The translations under genes and the position numbers were made by a program. From Nitrospinaceae bacterium (GTDB taxonomy: Bacteria; Nitrospinota; Nitrospinia; Nitrospinales; Nitrospinaceae): 64,000 bases of DNA. A model generated the notes under the pieces. The model was given only the letters and a program-made list of their open reading frames with translations. It did no database searches and was not told the DNA's origin. The stretch covers positions 1 to 64,000 of the forward strand of contig OZ245011.1 in NCBI GenBank assembly GCA_965223665.1, in the 5' to 3' direction. Shown here one piece after another: positions 27,778 to 38,679 of the stretch; position 1 is the stretch's first letter; the number at the start of each line of letters is the position of its first letter.

Positions 27778-28635
27778 ATGGAAATTTTAGAAGTTCCTTG
27801 CAGATCGATTCTTACAAGAACCACCGGATATTTGAAATTCATTTGTTCGCATTCATTAAATCCCTATACGGGTTGTGGTTTTGGAAAATCCGCTTGTGGG
27901 GTGGGCTGTTATGTTCAATTTAACAATTGGATTACGAAGGGTCGAGCTTGGGGAAATTTTGTAGAAGTGAAAATTAATGCCAGGGAAATTTTTTTAGAAA
28001 CCTATGACAAAGAAAAGCGCTGGGCCAGAAAACATAATGGCAAATTTTCTGTTTTCTTTTCGAGTTCGACAGATCCTTGGCAACCCATTGAAAAAAAATA
28101 TCGGGTTACTAGAGGAATTTTAAAAGCTTTTCTTCAAAAACGGCCTGATGGATTAATTTTACAAACCCACGGAATTGGAATTTTAGATGATTTAGAATTA
28201 ATTGCCACTCTAAATAAAAAATGTGATTTAAAATTACATATTTCTATTGAAGGTGATATAAACCAGTTACCTGGATTGCCGCCTCCTCCTTCAAGTATTG
28301 AAGATAGACTAGATGTAATAAAATCATTCATTAAGGCTAAAATTAAAACGGTAGTTTGTCTTTCCCCCTTGTTTCCTCTAAAAGAACCAGGGAAATTTTT
28401 TTCCAGGTTGGCTGAAATGGGTACAGATGCTGTGATAGTAGATCATTTTATTTTAGGGGATGGAACTAAAAACGGTGGGAGAACAATGAAGACTGAACTG
28501 CCAGCAGCAATGGAGAAGGTTCTTCCCGAATCGCTTACCTTGGATTACCGAGATTCTATAATTAATATTGCCAAGCAGTATCTTCCTGTCGGTATTTCGG
28601 CTGAAGGATTTGCTGGAATATATTCAACTATTTAG
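27778..28635 (+). CDS. radical SAM protein, spore photoproduct lyase-like family
   Basis: SILT, SLNPYTGC...C...CY, EVKINA, FFSSSTDPWQPIEK...TR..L and PS.EDRL motifs. Likely start MEILEV at 27778. Confidence 0.82.
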   Translation: MEILEVPCRSILTRTTGYLKFICSHSLNPYTGCGFGKSACGVGCYVQFNNWITKGRAWGNFVEVKINAREIFLETYDKEKRWARKHNGKFSVFFSSSTDPWQPIEKKYRVTRGILKAFLQKRPDGLILQTHGIGILDDLELIATLNKKCDLKLHISIEGDINQLPGLPPPPSSIEDRLDVIKSFIKAKIKTVVCLSPLFPLKEPGKFFSRLAEMGTDAVIVDHFILGDGTKNGGRTMKTELPAAMEKVLPESLTLDYRDSIINIAKQYLPVGISAEGFAGIYSTI

Positions 28636-28664
28636 TCCTAACTAAAAATCCATAAATTTTTTTA

Positions 28665-30371
28665 ATGTCGTCCACCATAATTCCAGAAAAATTGCGACAA
28701 CAAATATTGTCCATAGATGGAAAGGGTTATAAATCCTATAAGCAATTTCAGAAAACAAATTGGGAGTTGGGCTTTTTTAAATTAAGATTCGAGCATGTTC
28801 AAGGGGATCCCTTTGCAGCACCCTCTCGCTTTTCAGTAAAAGTATCTTTAAATAATGCTGGTTTTGCAAAAGAAATGGCTGCCACGTCATTACGTCGCTT
28901 GGCTATTGAGGACTTTGTGCTACGCGCATTTCATGCTTCTTTAAAAAAGGTTGATTTGGAAAAAAAAGGATCAGGGAAAAGTAGCGTTATTTGTGCATTA
29001 AATCCAAGTCAAAAAATTTTAAAACGGAGTGCGGTTTTAATTGAAGATGAAGAAATTTGTCTAATATTTTTTATAGGTCTCCCAGCAAAGGGGAGAAGAG
29101 TTTATGCGGATCAATTTTTGAAAATTTTTGAAAAATATTTGCCGCTTATTTTAGAAAACACATTTTGTATTCAGTATTCGGGCTTAGGTCTTCTCGAAAA
29201 GCATATTCACACACTTGAAGATTATGATGCTCTTCAAAAAGAACTGGTTAAGAATAAATGGGTTGCATTTGTTGCGGATGGTTCCAACCTACCTAGAGTG
29301 TCAGGAAACAGTGATCAACCCTTAACAAAAAAATCAATTGCTTTTGTTTCACCAAAAGACTTTAACCAATACATTCAATTGCCGCATCAAGGAAAAGTTA
29401 AAGGTATGGCCATTCCAAGGGGGATTACAGTAGTGGTTGGTGGAGGATTTCATGGAAAAAGTACCTTATTGCGCGCACTCCAATCTGCGGTATACCCTCA
29501 TATTCCCGGAGATGGAAGAGAGTTGGTAGCAACTTTACCCACAGCAGTTAAAATCCGGTCAGAAGATGGGAGAGGGGTAAGTCCTATTGATATTTCTCCA
29601 TTTATGAGTGAATTACCAACTATTGAAAATACCCAATTTTTTTCAACCTCCTCGGCTAGTGGTTCGACATCTCAGGCAATAAATATATTGGAAGCTTTAG
29701 AAATTGAGACCCAACTTTTGTTGATGGATGAGGATTCTTGTGCCACAAACTTTATGATTCGAGATTCTCGTATGCAAGCTTTAGTTCGAAAAAATAAAGA
29801 ACCCATTACTCCCTTTATTGATAGAGTGGAAGAATTGTTTGAAAACTTTGGGGTGAGTAGTGTCCTGGTAATGGGAGGCTGCGGGGATTATTTTGACCCA
29901 GCACATCATGTCATCAAAATGGAAGAGTTTTTTCCAGCCCTGGTGACAAAAGAAGCAAAAAAGATTGCAAAGGCGATCCCTACGGGACGAAAAATTGAAA
30001 ACCGGTTTAAATTTGAAAAAGTGAGGGAAAGAATAGTTGATCCAAGCTCTTTAAAGTTTGACCGTAACAGCAAAGATTGTTTTATAAAATCTCATGGAAC
30101 AAACACATTAATTATAGGTTGGAAAGAAATTGATGCGCGATATTTAGAACAATTGGTAGAGCAAGGACAACTTGAGGCGTGTGGTTGGATTTTGAATAAA
30201 TTAAAAAGCCAAAAAAAGAATGGTTTTCTAAAAATAAAAGATGTAATGACCTTATTTAAAAAATTTGAGGAAGAGGGGCTGGCAAATTTGTCAATCTATA
30301 ACAATGGGTTTTTAAGTCAACCTCGAATACATGAATTTATGGCTGTTTGGAATCGATTACGGAATTTTTAG
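28665..30371 (+). CDS. predicted ABC-class ATPase (PF09818 ABC_ATPase family)
   Basis: IDGKGYKSYK, HVQGDPFAAPS, Walker A GGGFHGKSTLL, HIPGDGRE, ASGSTSQA and MDEDSCATNFMIRD motifs. Confidence 0.88.
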   Translation: MSSTIIPEKLRQQILSIDGKGYKSYKQFQKTNWELGFFKLRFEHVQGDPFAAPSRFSVKVSLNNAGFAKEMAATSLRRLAIEDFVLRAFHASLKKVDLEKKGSGKSSVICALNPSQKILKRSAVLIEDEEICLIFFIGLPAKGRRVYADQFLKIFEKYLPLILENTFCIQYSGLGLLEKHIHTLEDYDALQKELVKNKWVAFVADGSNLPRVSGNSDQPLTKKSIAFVSPKDFNQYIQLPHQGKVKGMAIPRGITVVVGGGFHGKSTLLRALQSAVYPHIPGDGRELVATLPTAVKIRSEDGRGVSPIDISPFMSELPTIENTQFFSTSSASGSTSQAINILEALEIETQLLLMDEDSCATNFMIRDSRMQALVRKNKEPITPFIDRVEELFENFGVSSVLVMGGCGDYFDPAHHVIKMEEFFPALVTKEAKKIAKAIPTGRKIENRFKFEKVRERIVDPSSLKFDRNSKDCFIKSHGTNTLIIGWKEIDARYLEQLVEQGQLEACGWILNKLKSQKKNGFLKIKDVMTLFKKFEEEGLANLSIYNNGFLSQPRIHEFMAVWNRLRNF

Positions 30372-32562
30372 GTAATTCTTTTTTTGGAAGAAGTTTTACG
30401 ATGGGTTTCCGTTTAGGAATAGGATAGTTTCCTGCTTGAAATTTTTTCATCAATCCCACTCGATCTGCGGGCCAAGTTCCTTTTACGATATTTTTGGGTT
30501 CATTACCTTTAAAAACCATATAACCAAATTTTCCATAATGGGGGAGTTTACGCATTAAACCGGGTATACTTTTGACTGAATCAGTAAAAACCCAGGTGAT
30601 AGAGTTTTCTGGGCTTTGAGGGTGTGGAAGGGTAAAAACATAACTATGATTTTCCAGTGGATAATTATGGCCTTCAATTGAAACTGTTTTGTCACCAATT
30701 TCTACAGAGTATTTTTTCAGTTGTGGAAGTAAATGGTGTGCTACTCGATTATTTTTTCCAAAAACCCAAAGAGTTGTGTGATTATCCCAGGAAAACAATT
30801 GTTCAGGTCGTATACTATCTTTTAATCCTAATTCCGCAGCAAAAGTTCGATAAGCAATTTTTAACTCTGGTTTTTCCTTGTGGGGTGCGATTACTAAAGC
30901 TTTAGGGTTCCCATAGGTTTGGCTTATACTGGGAGGAACTTCTTTGCGATCTAGTATTCTAAAAAGATCATAATAAGGGTCAATTAAGATAGCCAGTGGT
31001 TTTTGCTGGATATTAAAGCTAACGATTTGTTCTCTTTTGGCTTCTAGTTGGACCTCGATGATTTCCGGTTCTTTGTTTTCCTTGAACCAAACCGCAACAG
31101 GAAGAATAGTTGAAAAAAATGGTTTTTCTTGATTTTGAACTATTTTTAGTTGTAGATGGTATAGTTGCTCTTTAGATTCTATGGTGGCATCTTCTAATTT
31201 CCAATTCGGACCTCCTTTTTGTAAAATCCATTGATTGAAAAATGAATTCAGATCAGTTCCAGAATGTTTTTCAAAAGTAGACTGTAATTGATCAAATCCT
31301 GCGTACTTAAAACGGTAAGTCAGGTAGAAATCTTCCAAAGCTTTTAAAAATGAAGATGTCCCCATTTTTAGCCTGAGCATATTAAGTATCATTAACCATT
31401 TGCTATAGCCAATGGATTGAGAAGTCATATTTGTTCTTGAACGAAAATTATTTAAAGGAAAGTCTTTATCAGGAGTAACGTAATTAAGATATTTTGTGAG
31501 TTCCTGAAAACGGTAACGATCTCCTTTCCCCTCTATTTGTGGGAAAAGATGGTCTGAAAAAAATGCAGTAAGCCCTTCTGACCAATTTCCACTTTGTGGA
31601 TCCACGTAAACTCCATTGCCCCACCAATTATGGAGAATTTCATGAGGAAAGGAAGTATGAAGTATAAAGGGAAAGCGAATGACCTGGGAACCCAATAAAG
31701 TAAAAGAAGGCATTCCAAATCCTGTTTGTCGGCTGTTTTCAATGACGGCGAATTTTACAAAGGGATAGGACCCAAATATAGACTCATAGAAAGGAATATA
31801 TTTTTTCGCGGCTTTAAAATATTTCTCTGATAGATTCTTGTCCTTTTCGCGTAAAAAAACGTATAGATTGATATCTTCATATTTATCATTAAATTCATGA
31901 TACTGGTCGGTAATAATAAAAATTTCTTCCATAGGGTCATCGCATTGCCAAAAAGTATGTCTGGGTCCATTCACAATAGTTTCTTTGATACGTTTCCCTT
32001 GACTTATCACTTTCCAAAGTTTTGGGGTATTTACCTCTAAGGAAAAAGTGATTAATTCTTTTCCAGACTCTGAAATCAATTGAGGGTAAAAGTAGCTGGC
32101 TCCTGAAAGAAACAAAGTTTCTTTAGAATTTCCAGTCCCATTCGCATTTTTAGGTTTTGTTGCATTGGTTAATGGGTCTGAAAGTTTTCCTGAATATTTA
32201 AAATAGATTTCTAAAAAACTAGGCCAGGGAATGTCTTTGGGTTTATGTATATAAATTCTATTTAATGGAAGGGAAGGGCCCTTGATCTTCTCAATTTTTA
32301 TAGACCACTCTCCTTTGTGAGGAATTTCAGTTTTTAAGATTTCAAAATCCGCATTAAGTAAAAATTCAATAGAATCTTTTTCGACGTTAGTAGGATAAAG
32401 AGTAATTCTATCTTCGATTTCTCCGGTGACTAATTGAGGATTTAAATTAATAACCAGATGATGATGTGAAGGGCGGCTTGAATTTGCATAAGCAAATGCT
32501 TGAAGGAAAAAGAATTGAATTAAAATTATAAAAATAAAAAATAGTTTTGAGAAACGGGTCAT
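30337..32562 (-). CDS. secreted M1 family (gluzincin) aminopeptidase
   Basis: Signal peptide; GFGMPSF, HEILHNWWGN...NWSEGLT (HExxH...E), RKLPHYGKF. Confidence 0.88.
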   Translation of the reverse strand: MTRFSKLFFIFIILIQFFFLQAFAYANSSRPSHHHLVINLNPQLVTGEIEDRITLYPTNVEKDSIEFLLNADFEILKTEIPHKGEWSIKIEKIKGPSLPLNRIYIHKPKDIPWPSFLEIYFKYSGKLSDPLTNATKPKNANGTGNSKETLFLSGASYFYPQLISESGKELITFSLEVNTPKLWKVISQGKRIKETIVNGPRHTFWQCDDPMEEIFIITDQYHEFNDKYEDINLYVFLREKDKNLSEKYFKAAKKYIPFYESIFGSYPFVKFAVIENSRQTGFGMPSFTLLGSQVIRFPFILHTSFPHEILHNWWGNGVYVDPQSGNWSEGLTAFFSDHLFPQIEGKGDRYRFQELTKYLNYVTPDKDFPLNNFRSRTNMTSQSIGYSKWLMILNMLRLKMGTSSFLKALEDFYLTYRFKYAGFDQLQSTFEKHSGTDLNSFFNQWILQKGGPNWKLEDATIESKEQLYHLQLKIVQNQEKPFFSTILPVAVWFKENKEPEIIEVQLEAKREQIVSFNIQQKPLAILIDPYYDLFRILDRKEVPPSISQTYGNPKALVIAPHKEKPELKIAYRTFAAELGLKDSIRPEQLFSWDNHTTLWVFGKNNRVAHHLLPQLKKYSVEIGDKTVSIEGHNYPLENHSYVFTLPHPQSPENSITWVFTDSVKSIPGLMRKLPHYGKFGYMVFKGNEPKNIVKGTWPADRVGLMKKFQAGNYPIPKRKPIVKLLPKKELPKNSVIDSKQP

Positions 32563-32587
32563 GGTTGTCAGGATTTGGAAAAATAAA

Positions 32588-32950
32588 TTAACTTAGCACT
32601 GTATCGACTCCACGATGAATATTACCCACAATACGTACAACCACCCTATTGGGTAAGCACGCGGCCAATTTGTCGGCATATTGAATAAAACCTGATTTGA
32701 TGCATAACTTTTTATTACATGGAGAACTCAGGATACGAACCCTTCCATCAATAATTTGCACTTCGGTTTCACCTATTGGGCCCTTGACGTGGACAATTTG
32801 ATTATGACTTAGAGGTAATCGATGAGTTTCATTTTGATTTACTTCGATCAAAGCCCAATTCCCTTGCTGATTAGGTTGAAAAAACTGGATAAATAAAATC
32901 AAGTTTAAGGAAAGCAAAATTCCAATTAAAACTTTGTCACCCCGAGTCAT
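32588..32950 (-). CDS. NusG domain II-containing membrane-anchored protein
   Basis: GDKVLI.. N-terminal anchor; SPC..KLC...G.I......ACLPNRVVV motif. Confidence 0.85.
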   Translation of the reverse strand: MTRGDKVLIGILLSLNLILFIQFFQPNQQGNWALIEVNQNETHRLPLSHNQIVHVKGPIGETEVQIIDGRVRILSSPCNKKLCIKSGFIQYADKLAACLPNRVVVRIVGNIHRGVDTVLS

Positions 32951-33049
32951 TCTTCTAAGCCTTTTTCATAAGATTGAGAATGAGAACAGTGTATCATGAT
33001 CGAGATAGGTGTGAAAGTTAAGAACTAATGAAAGGTGGTTGGTGTCTTA

Positions 33050-35167
33050 TTAAAGAATATCCATATAATCTATTCGATCACCCAATGTTTCAAAAAAAAC
33101 TTTTTTCAAAGCCTGGTGTCTCGATTCTTCTAAACGAGGGTCTTTGTCAATAAGATGAAAAGCTTCCTTTCTGGTTATTTCAATTATTTCGAAATCCCGT
33201 ATTAAATCAGCCCACCTCAGCATAGGAAGACCTGATTGCCGGGTTCCCATAAAATCTCCGGGACCGCGAATCTCTAAATCCTTTTCTGCAATTTTGAACC
33301 CATCATTGGAAGTTTCCATTGCCTTTAATCTGAGGTTAGCATCCTCCGTAGTTGGTCTGTAAGCTACCAAAAGACATTGCGAAGGGTGGGAACCTCTTCC
33401 GACACGTCCTCTCAGTTGATGCAATTGTGCTAAACCAAACCGTTCCGCATGCTCAATGAGTATTACAGTAGCATTGGGGATATCGATGCCCACTTCAATT
33501 ACTGTAGTGGCTACCAATATTTGAATTTCCTTTTTTTTAAAGGAGGCCATAATATTTTGGCGTTCTTCTTTTTTTAATTTGCCATGAATAAGCTCCACGG
33601 AAAACTTTGGAAATTTCTCTTTTATGAAACCTAATACTTCAATAGCATTTTTTAAATCTATTGTTTCTGATTCTTCTATAAGAGGGCAGACGACAAAACC
33701 CTGAAATCCCAGATCGACCTGGTCTTTTAAAATTTTATAAGCCTTTTCCCGATTAGAATCGAAATATATTTTGGTTTTAATTGTTTGGCGCCCGGGTGGC
33801 ATCTCATCTAGCAAAGATACATCCATGTCTCCATATAGAGTAAGGGCTAAGGATCGTGGAATGGGAGTAGCTGTCATAATTAATATATGAGGATGAATAC
33901 CTTTTTTGCTAAAAGCTTCTCTTTGGAGAACTCCAAAACGATGCTGCTCGTCAATGACTGCTACCGATAAACATTTGAACTCAATATCCTTTTGGATCAA
34001 TGCGTGAGTTCCAACGACAATTTGAGTTTCACCATTTTTGATGTTCTTTTGAATTTGTTTTTTTTCCTTTTGGGATAAAGCGCTAGTAATTAGTTCAAGA
34101 TGAATCCCTAATGCCTTGCAGTAGGGAGCAATATTTAAAAAATGTTGTTCAGATAAAATTTCAGTGGGGGCCATTAAAGCCCCTTGGTAACCATTATCGA
34201 CAGCGGTTAGGAGAGTAATTAATGCGATAACCGTTTTCCCACTACCCACATCCCCGTGAACGAGTCGGTTCATTGGTCTTGGTTTTTCTAAATCATCCAT
34301 TATTTGACCCAATACTTTTTTTTGAGCTCCAGTGAGATCAAACTCTAAAAGTTGAATAAACTGTTTTAGAGTTGCACCGCGAGTTTTTAAGGAAAGTCCT
34401 TTGTATTTTTCCAAGGAAAACTTTCTTTTAAATGCGAGGCCAATTTGAAGTAAAAATAATTCTTCAAAAATCAGTCTATATTGACTGGGAGATCTAAATT
34501 TGTTTAAAGCAATGATTGATGTTTGTTTTGAAGGAAAATGGACTTCTCGAACAGCTTGTGACCGTTCCAGTAATTGATTTCTTTTTAAAATTTCTGCAGG
34601 GAGCCACTCCTGAATGAGGCTTGAATACCTTTCAATAATGGTTTTCATTATTGCCCTAAAAACCTTGAGGGAAAGTTTTTCAGTACTATGGTAAATAGGA
34701 AGAATGCTTCCCATTTCTACAGAATCTGACTCAGGATTTAAAACTTCGTCGGTATCCGGATGTATGATTTCAAAATTGCAGTCAGAATATTTGCTAATGG
34801 TGGGTTTGCCGGAAACTATAAAGCATTTTTTCGGAGCAAATTTTTCTGAATGGTATTTTTCATTAAATTGATACCAGCGACCGCTTATAGTTCCTGTTTC
34901 ATCTTTAAATACAACTTCAAAGAGTTTTCGCCTTCTATTTAATCTGTAGATATGGTTATGTTCTACTTCTGCAAAAAACGTTACAGGAATATCAGGCTTT
35001 ATTTGGCCAATTTTTTGGACGAAGGTTCGATCCTCATATCGAAATGGAATAAAATCAAGGCAGTCTTTAACACTTTCCAGGCCCAACTTTTTAAATAGTA
35101 GTGCCCTTTTGGGACCTACTCCCTTTATATATTGAATTGAGTCTGTGAGTGCCAGTAGTGGTCCCAT
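33050..35167 (-). CDS. recG: ATP-dependent DNA helicase RecG
   Basis: IKGVGPKR, GDVGSGKT, MAPTEIL, DEQHRFGV, MTATPIPR, QLHQLRGRVGRG and RGPGDFMGTRQSG motifs. Confidence 0.97.
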   Translation of the reverse strand: MGPLLALTDSIQYIKGVGPKRALLFKKLGLESVKDCLDFIPFRYEDRTFVQKIGQIKPDIPVTFFAEVEHNHIYRLNRRRKLFEVVFKDETGTISGRWYQFNEKYHSEKFAPKKCFIVSGKPTISKYSDCNFEIIHPDTDEVLNPESDSVEMGSILPIYHSTEKLSLKVFRAIMKTIIERYSSLIQEWLPAEILKRNQLLERSQAVREVHFPSKQTSIIALNKFRSPSQYRLIFEELFLLQIGLAFKRKFSLEKYKGLSLKTRGATLKQFIQLLEFDLTGAQKKVLGQIMDDLEKPRPMNRLVHGDVGSGKTVIALITLLTAVDNGYQGALMAPTEILSEQHFLNIAPYCKALGIHLELITSALSQKEKKQIQKNIKNGETQIVVGTHALIQKDIEFKCLSVAVIDEQHRFGVLQREAFSKKGIHPHILIMTATPIPRSLALTLYGDMDVSLLDEMPPGRQTIKTKIYFDSNREKAYKILKDQVDLGFQGFVVCPLIEESETIDLKNAIEVLGFIKEKFPKFSVELIHGKLKKEERQNIMASFKKKEIQILVATTVIEVGIDIPNATVILIEHAERFGLAQLHQLRGRVGRGSHPSQCLLVAYRPTTEDANLRLKAMETSNDGFKIAEKDLEIRGPGDFMGTRQSGLPMLRWADLIRDFEIIEITRKEAFHLIDKDPRLEESRHQALKKVFFETLGDRIDYMDIL

Positions 35168-35376
35168 ATGTTTTTACTGAAAGTTTTGGTTAGAAGTTCC
35201 CATAAATTTTCTATGATTATGTAATTAACTAGCAAATATCTTCGAAAAGCTTGAAAATAGGAATATAATATTAATGAAATTTGACTCCCTCGTGAAGTAA
35301 AAGTATTCTTTTCCCATTAAATGGGTTTTGAATATTAAAATTTCGGTTCAGTATTCCTTTTTTCAGGAATCGGCTT

Positions 35377-37614
35377 ATGAGAAAACTTAACGAAATTACA
35401 GATGCGGTGTTGGCTTATCATCCAGATGCGGATGTAGACATCATTTTAGATGCTTATGTGTATTCAGCCAAGGCTCATAGAGGACAAAGCCGAAGATCGG
35501 GGGAAGCTTATTTATCCCATCCTGTAGAAGTTGCCTATAACTTAACTCGATTAAAATTGGACGAGCGGACGGTTGCTGCTGGTTTGCTCCACGATACGAT
35601 TGAAGATACCTTAGCCACCCCTGATGAAATTAAGGAGTTGTTTGGTGAAGAAATTTTTCGCTTGGTGGACGGGGTTACAAAAATTGGACAAGTTGAATTT
35701 GGAAGCCAGGAAGAAAAACAGGCTGAAAATTACCGAAAAATGATATTAGCAATGGCCCAGGATATTCGAGTGGTCTTGATAAAACTTGCAGACCGGGCTC
35801 ATAATCTTAAAACTCTTGACTCCTTATCTCCAGATAAACAAAAAAGAATCGCCAAGGAAACTTTGGATATTTATTCTCCCATTGCCAATCGATTGGGAAT
35901 TGGTTGGTTGAAAGCTGAATTGGAAGACGGTTCTTTTAAGTATTTACGTCCTGACCAATTTAACAATATTGTGAGCCGAATGAAGCAAGGAAAGGAGGCA
36001 AGGGAAGAATTGTTAAAGTCTGTTTGCGAAGCTATAGAAAAAGAATTGGAGTCTGCGCAAATAGAGGCAAAGGTGACGGGGCGTTCCAAACACAACTACA
36101 GTATTTATAAAAAAATGGCTTTGCAGCAAATTGAATTGACTGATGTGTATGACCTTATAGGGGTTCGAGTGATAACTGAAACAATTAAGGATTGTTATGC
36201 CGCCCTTGGGTTAGTGCATTCCCTGTGGCGTCCTATTCCAGGTAAGTTTAAAGATTATGTTGCAATGCCAAAACCCAATATGTATCAGTCGCTTCATACA
36301 ACAGTTAGTGGTCCGGAAGGTCATAGAGTGGAAGTGCAAATACGGACCACTGAAATGCACCGCGTAGCAGAGGAAGGAATTGCGGCACATTGGCAATATA
36401 AAGAAGGTGGAACCTTTACAAAAAATATGGATGACCATTTAAGTTGGGTCCGACGGTTAATGGAAGATCAAAAAGAAATAAAAAATCCAAAAGTTTTTTT
36501 AGATTCTTTTAAGGTGGATTTGTTTTTTCAGGAAGTCTATGTTTTTACACCTCAGGGGGATGTGATTGCATTGCCCCGAGGGGCGACTCCGGTAGATTTT
36601 GCCTATCAAGTTCATACTGATATTGGCAATCATTGTTTAGCGGCTAAAGTAAATGGGAAGTTAGTTCCTTTAAAATATAAATTGAAAAATGGCGACCGTT
36701 TGGAAATTTTAACTTCGAAGCAGAAATTTCCCAGTAGGGACTGGCTATCTTTTGTGAAGACTTCTAAAGCTCGAAGTAAAATCTCCAACTTTATTAATAG
36801 TCGTGAGAAAGCAAAATCCATTGAATTAGGAAAAGAAATCCTCGAATCAGAGATTCGAAAAGCTGGATTCAACCCACAAGAAATTTTAAAAGGTAGGTTT
36901 TTAGAAAATGCCATGCAATCTATTGGCTATAATTCTTTAAATAGTTTATTGATGGCGATAGGTTACGGAAAAGTCCCCATTCACCAAATCATTTCCAAAT
37001 TATTACCTAAAGAATCCGTAGAAAAAATTGAAAAGGGTGCATCCAAAATTAAGGTTTCAGAAAAAGATCCTATGCAGAAATATGAAAAAGGGATCAAGAT
37101 AGGAAACTTTGATGACAATATGATGCTACGAATCGGAAAATGTTGTAATCCTGTACCCGGAGATGAAATTACTGGATATATTACACGGGGCAGAGGGGTT
37201 TCTATTCATAACGTGGATTGTCCTAGTGTGGTTTCTCTGTCCCAGGAAAGTGAAAGAATGGTAGCGGTGGAATGGGATACCAGTCAAAAGACCGCTTTTT
37301 CTACCCCGATTACTATTGTTACGGAGGATCAACCTGGGTTGTTAGCTAAAATCAGCAATGTTCTTGCTTCTTGTGAGGTGAACATTACTCGGGCAAATGT
37401 TCAGCAAGGTGCCCATAAACGGGCGTACTTTGATTTAGTAGTCGAAATTAATGATCTGGTTCATTTGAATCGCGTAATCAATCAAATTAAGCAAATTCCT
37501 TCTGTAATTCACGTAGAACGTGTAAAAGAATATAAAAAGAAAAATATAATGAGCGGTTCAAATATTGAAAAGGATGAAGGGTCAGAAAAAGACAGAGGGG
37601 TATGGGTCAACTAA
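35377..37614 (+). CDS. rel: bifunctional (p)ppGpp synthetase/hydrolase Rel (RelA/SpoT)
   Basis: HD domain [31 protein letters not shown] domain [18 protein letters not shown] domain. Confidence 0.95.
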   Translation: MRKLNEITDAVLAYHPDADVDIILDAYVYSAKAHRGQSRRSGEAYLSHPVEVAYNLTRLKLDERTVAAGLLHDTIEDTLATPDEIKELFGEEIFRLVDGVTKIGQVEFGSQEEKQAENYRKMILAMAQDIRVVLIKLADRAHNLKTLDSLSPDKQKRIAKETLDIYSPIANRLGIGWLKAELEDGSFKYLRPDQFNNIVSRMKQGKEAREELLKSVCEAIEKELESAQIEAKVTGRSKHNYSIYKKMALQQIELTDVYDLIGVRVITETIKDCYAALGLVHSLWRPIPGKFKDYVAMPKPNMYQSLHTTVSGPEGHRVEVQIRTTEMHRVAEEGIAAHWQYKEGGTFTKNMDDHLSWVRRLMEDQKEIKNPKVFLDSFKVDLFFQEVYVFTPQGDVIALPRGATPVDFAYQVHTDIGNHCLAAKVNGKLVPLKYKLKNGDRLEILTSKQKFPSRDWLSFVKTSKARSKISNFINSREKAKSIELGKEILESEIRKAGFNPQEILKGRFLENAMQSIGYNSLNSLLMAIGYGKVPIHQIISKLLPKESVEKIEKGASKIKVSEKDPMQKYEKGIKIGNFDDNMMLRIGKCCNPVPGDEITGYITRGRGVSIHNVDCPSVVSLSQESERMVAVEWDTSQKTAFSTPITIVTEDQPGLLAKISNVLASCEVNITRANVQQGAHKRAYFDLVVEINDLVHLNRVINQIKQIPSVIHVERVKEYKKKNIMSGSNIEKDEGSEKDRGVWVN

Positions 37615-37804
37615 CGGGAATTCTCGATACTTTTCCACCTTTTAAGCATCGTGTACACACTTTCATAGTTTTAACCATCCCATTATAAAGCACTCTCAGC
37701 TTTTTAAGGTTGGGATTCCAGCGCCTTTTTGTAGCATTCTTTGCATGGCTCACGTTGTTTCCAAACATAGGCCCTTTATCACAAACTTCACATCTTTTGG
37801 ACAT
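37607..37804 (-). CDS. rpmB: 50S ribosomal protein L28 (Zn-ribbon form)
   Basis: [27 protein letters not shown]...VCTRCLK. Confidence 0.96.
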   Translation of the reverse strand: MSKRCEVCDKGPMFGNNVSHAKNATKRRWNPNLKKLRVLYNGMVKTMKVCTRCLKGGKVSRIPVS

Positions 37805-37888
37805 TCCTAAACTCCTGGGGAAAATCGTTGTTCGATAGAATCCAAAATGCTAACATACCATAAGTACTTGGGCAAGTGATTTTGGACT

Positions 37889-38122
37889 ATGCATATTCAA
37901 AAAGAAACAAAAATTAACCATATCATTACCGCCTACCCTCAAACAGTTCATTTTTTTAAGAATCTTCATATGAGCTGCAGCGGTTGTTTTGCCGTTAGTT
38001 TTGAGACCCTGGAGAAGGGTGCTTTGATGCATGGTTTGGAAGTATCCAAACTTTTGAGACAGCTAAACCACTTTATAAATAGCTTACCCTCTTCTACTCC
38101 AATAAACCATAACCAAAAATAG
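37889..38122 (+). CDS. DUF1858 domain protein
   Basis: I.KET.I..II..YP.T..FF....M.C.GC.....ETLE.GA..HG pattern. Confidence 0.85.
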   Translation: MHIQKETKINHIITAYPQTVHFFKNLHMSCSGCFAVSFETLEKGALMHGLEVSKLLRQLNHFINSLPSSTPINHNQK

Positions 38123-38165
38123 ACGAACCTGGTACTTGGTTGGAGGGTGGGGAGTAAATTTTTCC

Positions 38166-38196
38166 AAAAAAAAACCTCGTTCCAATGAACGAGGTT
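38166..38196 (-). terminator. rho-independent terminator downstream of flgM
   Basis: Stem AACCTCGTTC / GAACGAGGTT, 4-nt loop, poly-T on the minus strand. Confidence 0.85.
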
Positions 38197-38221
38197 ATTA
38201 GGCTGGCTTATTTTTTAAAAA

Positions 38222-38536
38222 TTATTCGAGAAACTTGGATTCTGTAATGATTTCTTTTAGAATCCTTTCGGCTAACACTTCGCTGTCCACATGAAATTCT
38301 CCGGCAGCGATTTGTGCTTTGATGCGATTAACTTTTTCCGTGCGTATGTCCGGGGCACTTTTTGCCACTTCCAGGGCTTTTTGAATTCCCTTAGCTTTGG
38401 AGGAAAGAGCTATTTGCTCTCCCGCACCTGTCCCATTGGGAACAGCAGTTTTATTGACCGTTCCTTTTTTGGAAGGGGCGTCAACTTTATTAACTGCCTT
38501 GCTTTTTATTCGATATTCGTTTCCAGGTATTTCCAT
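38222..38536 (-). CDS. flgM: anti-sigma-28 factor FlgM
   Basis: I.LSSKA, PDIRTEKV.RIK.QI..G.F.VDSE.LAE.I motif. Confidence 0.9.
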   Translation of the reverse strand: MEIPGNEYRIKSKAVNKVDAPSKKGTVNKTAVPNGTGAGEQIALSSKAKGIQKALEVAKSAPDIRTEKVNRIKAQIAAGEFHVDSEVLAERILKEIITESKFLE

Positions 38537-38592
38537 GATCTTTCTTCATCCCAAATAAGGATATAGATTGTTAAACTCAGTTCTCACTAGAT

Positions 38593-38620
38593 TTATCGGC
38601 CCAATTTTTTCAAAACTTAA
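38593..38620 (-). promoter_or_regulatory. sigma-28 (FliA) promoter of flgM
   Basis: Minus strand TTAAGTTT-N12-GCCGATAA; the -10 is a perfect match to the sigma-28 consensus. Confidence 0.8.
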
Positions 38621-38679
38621 GTCGGAAACCCTAAGATTTTGTAACATTTTTATGGCAACTTAATTAATTCTTACTTGCC

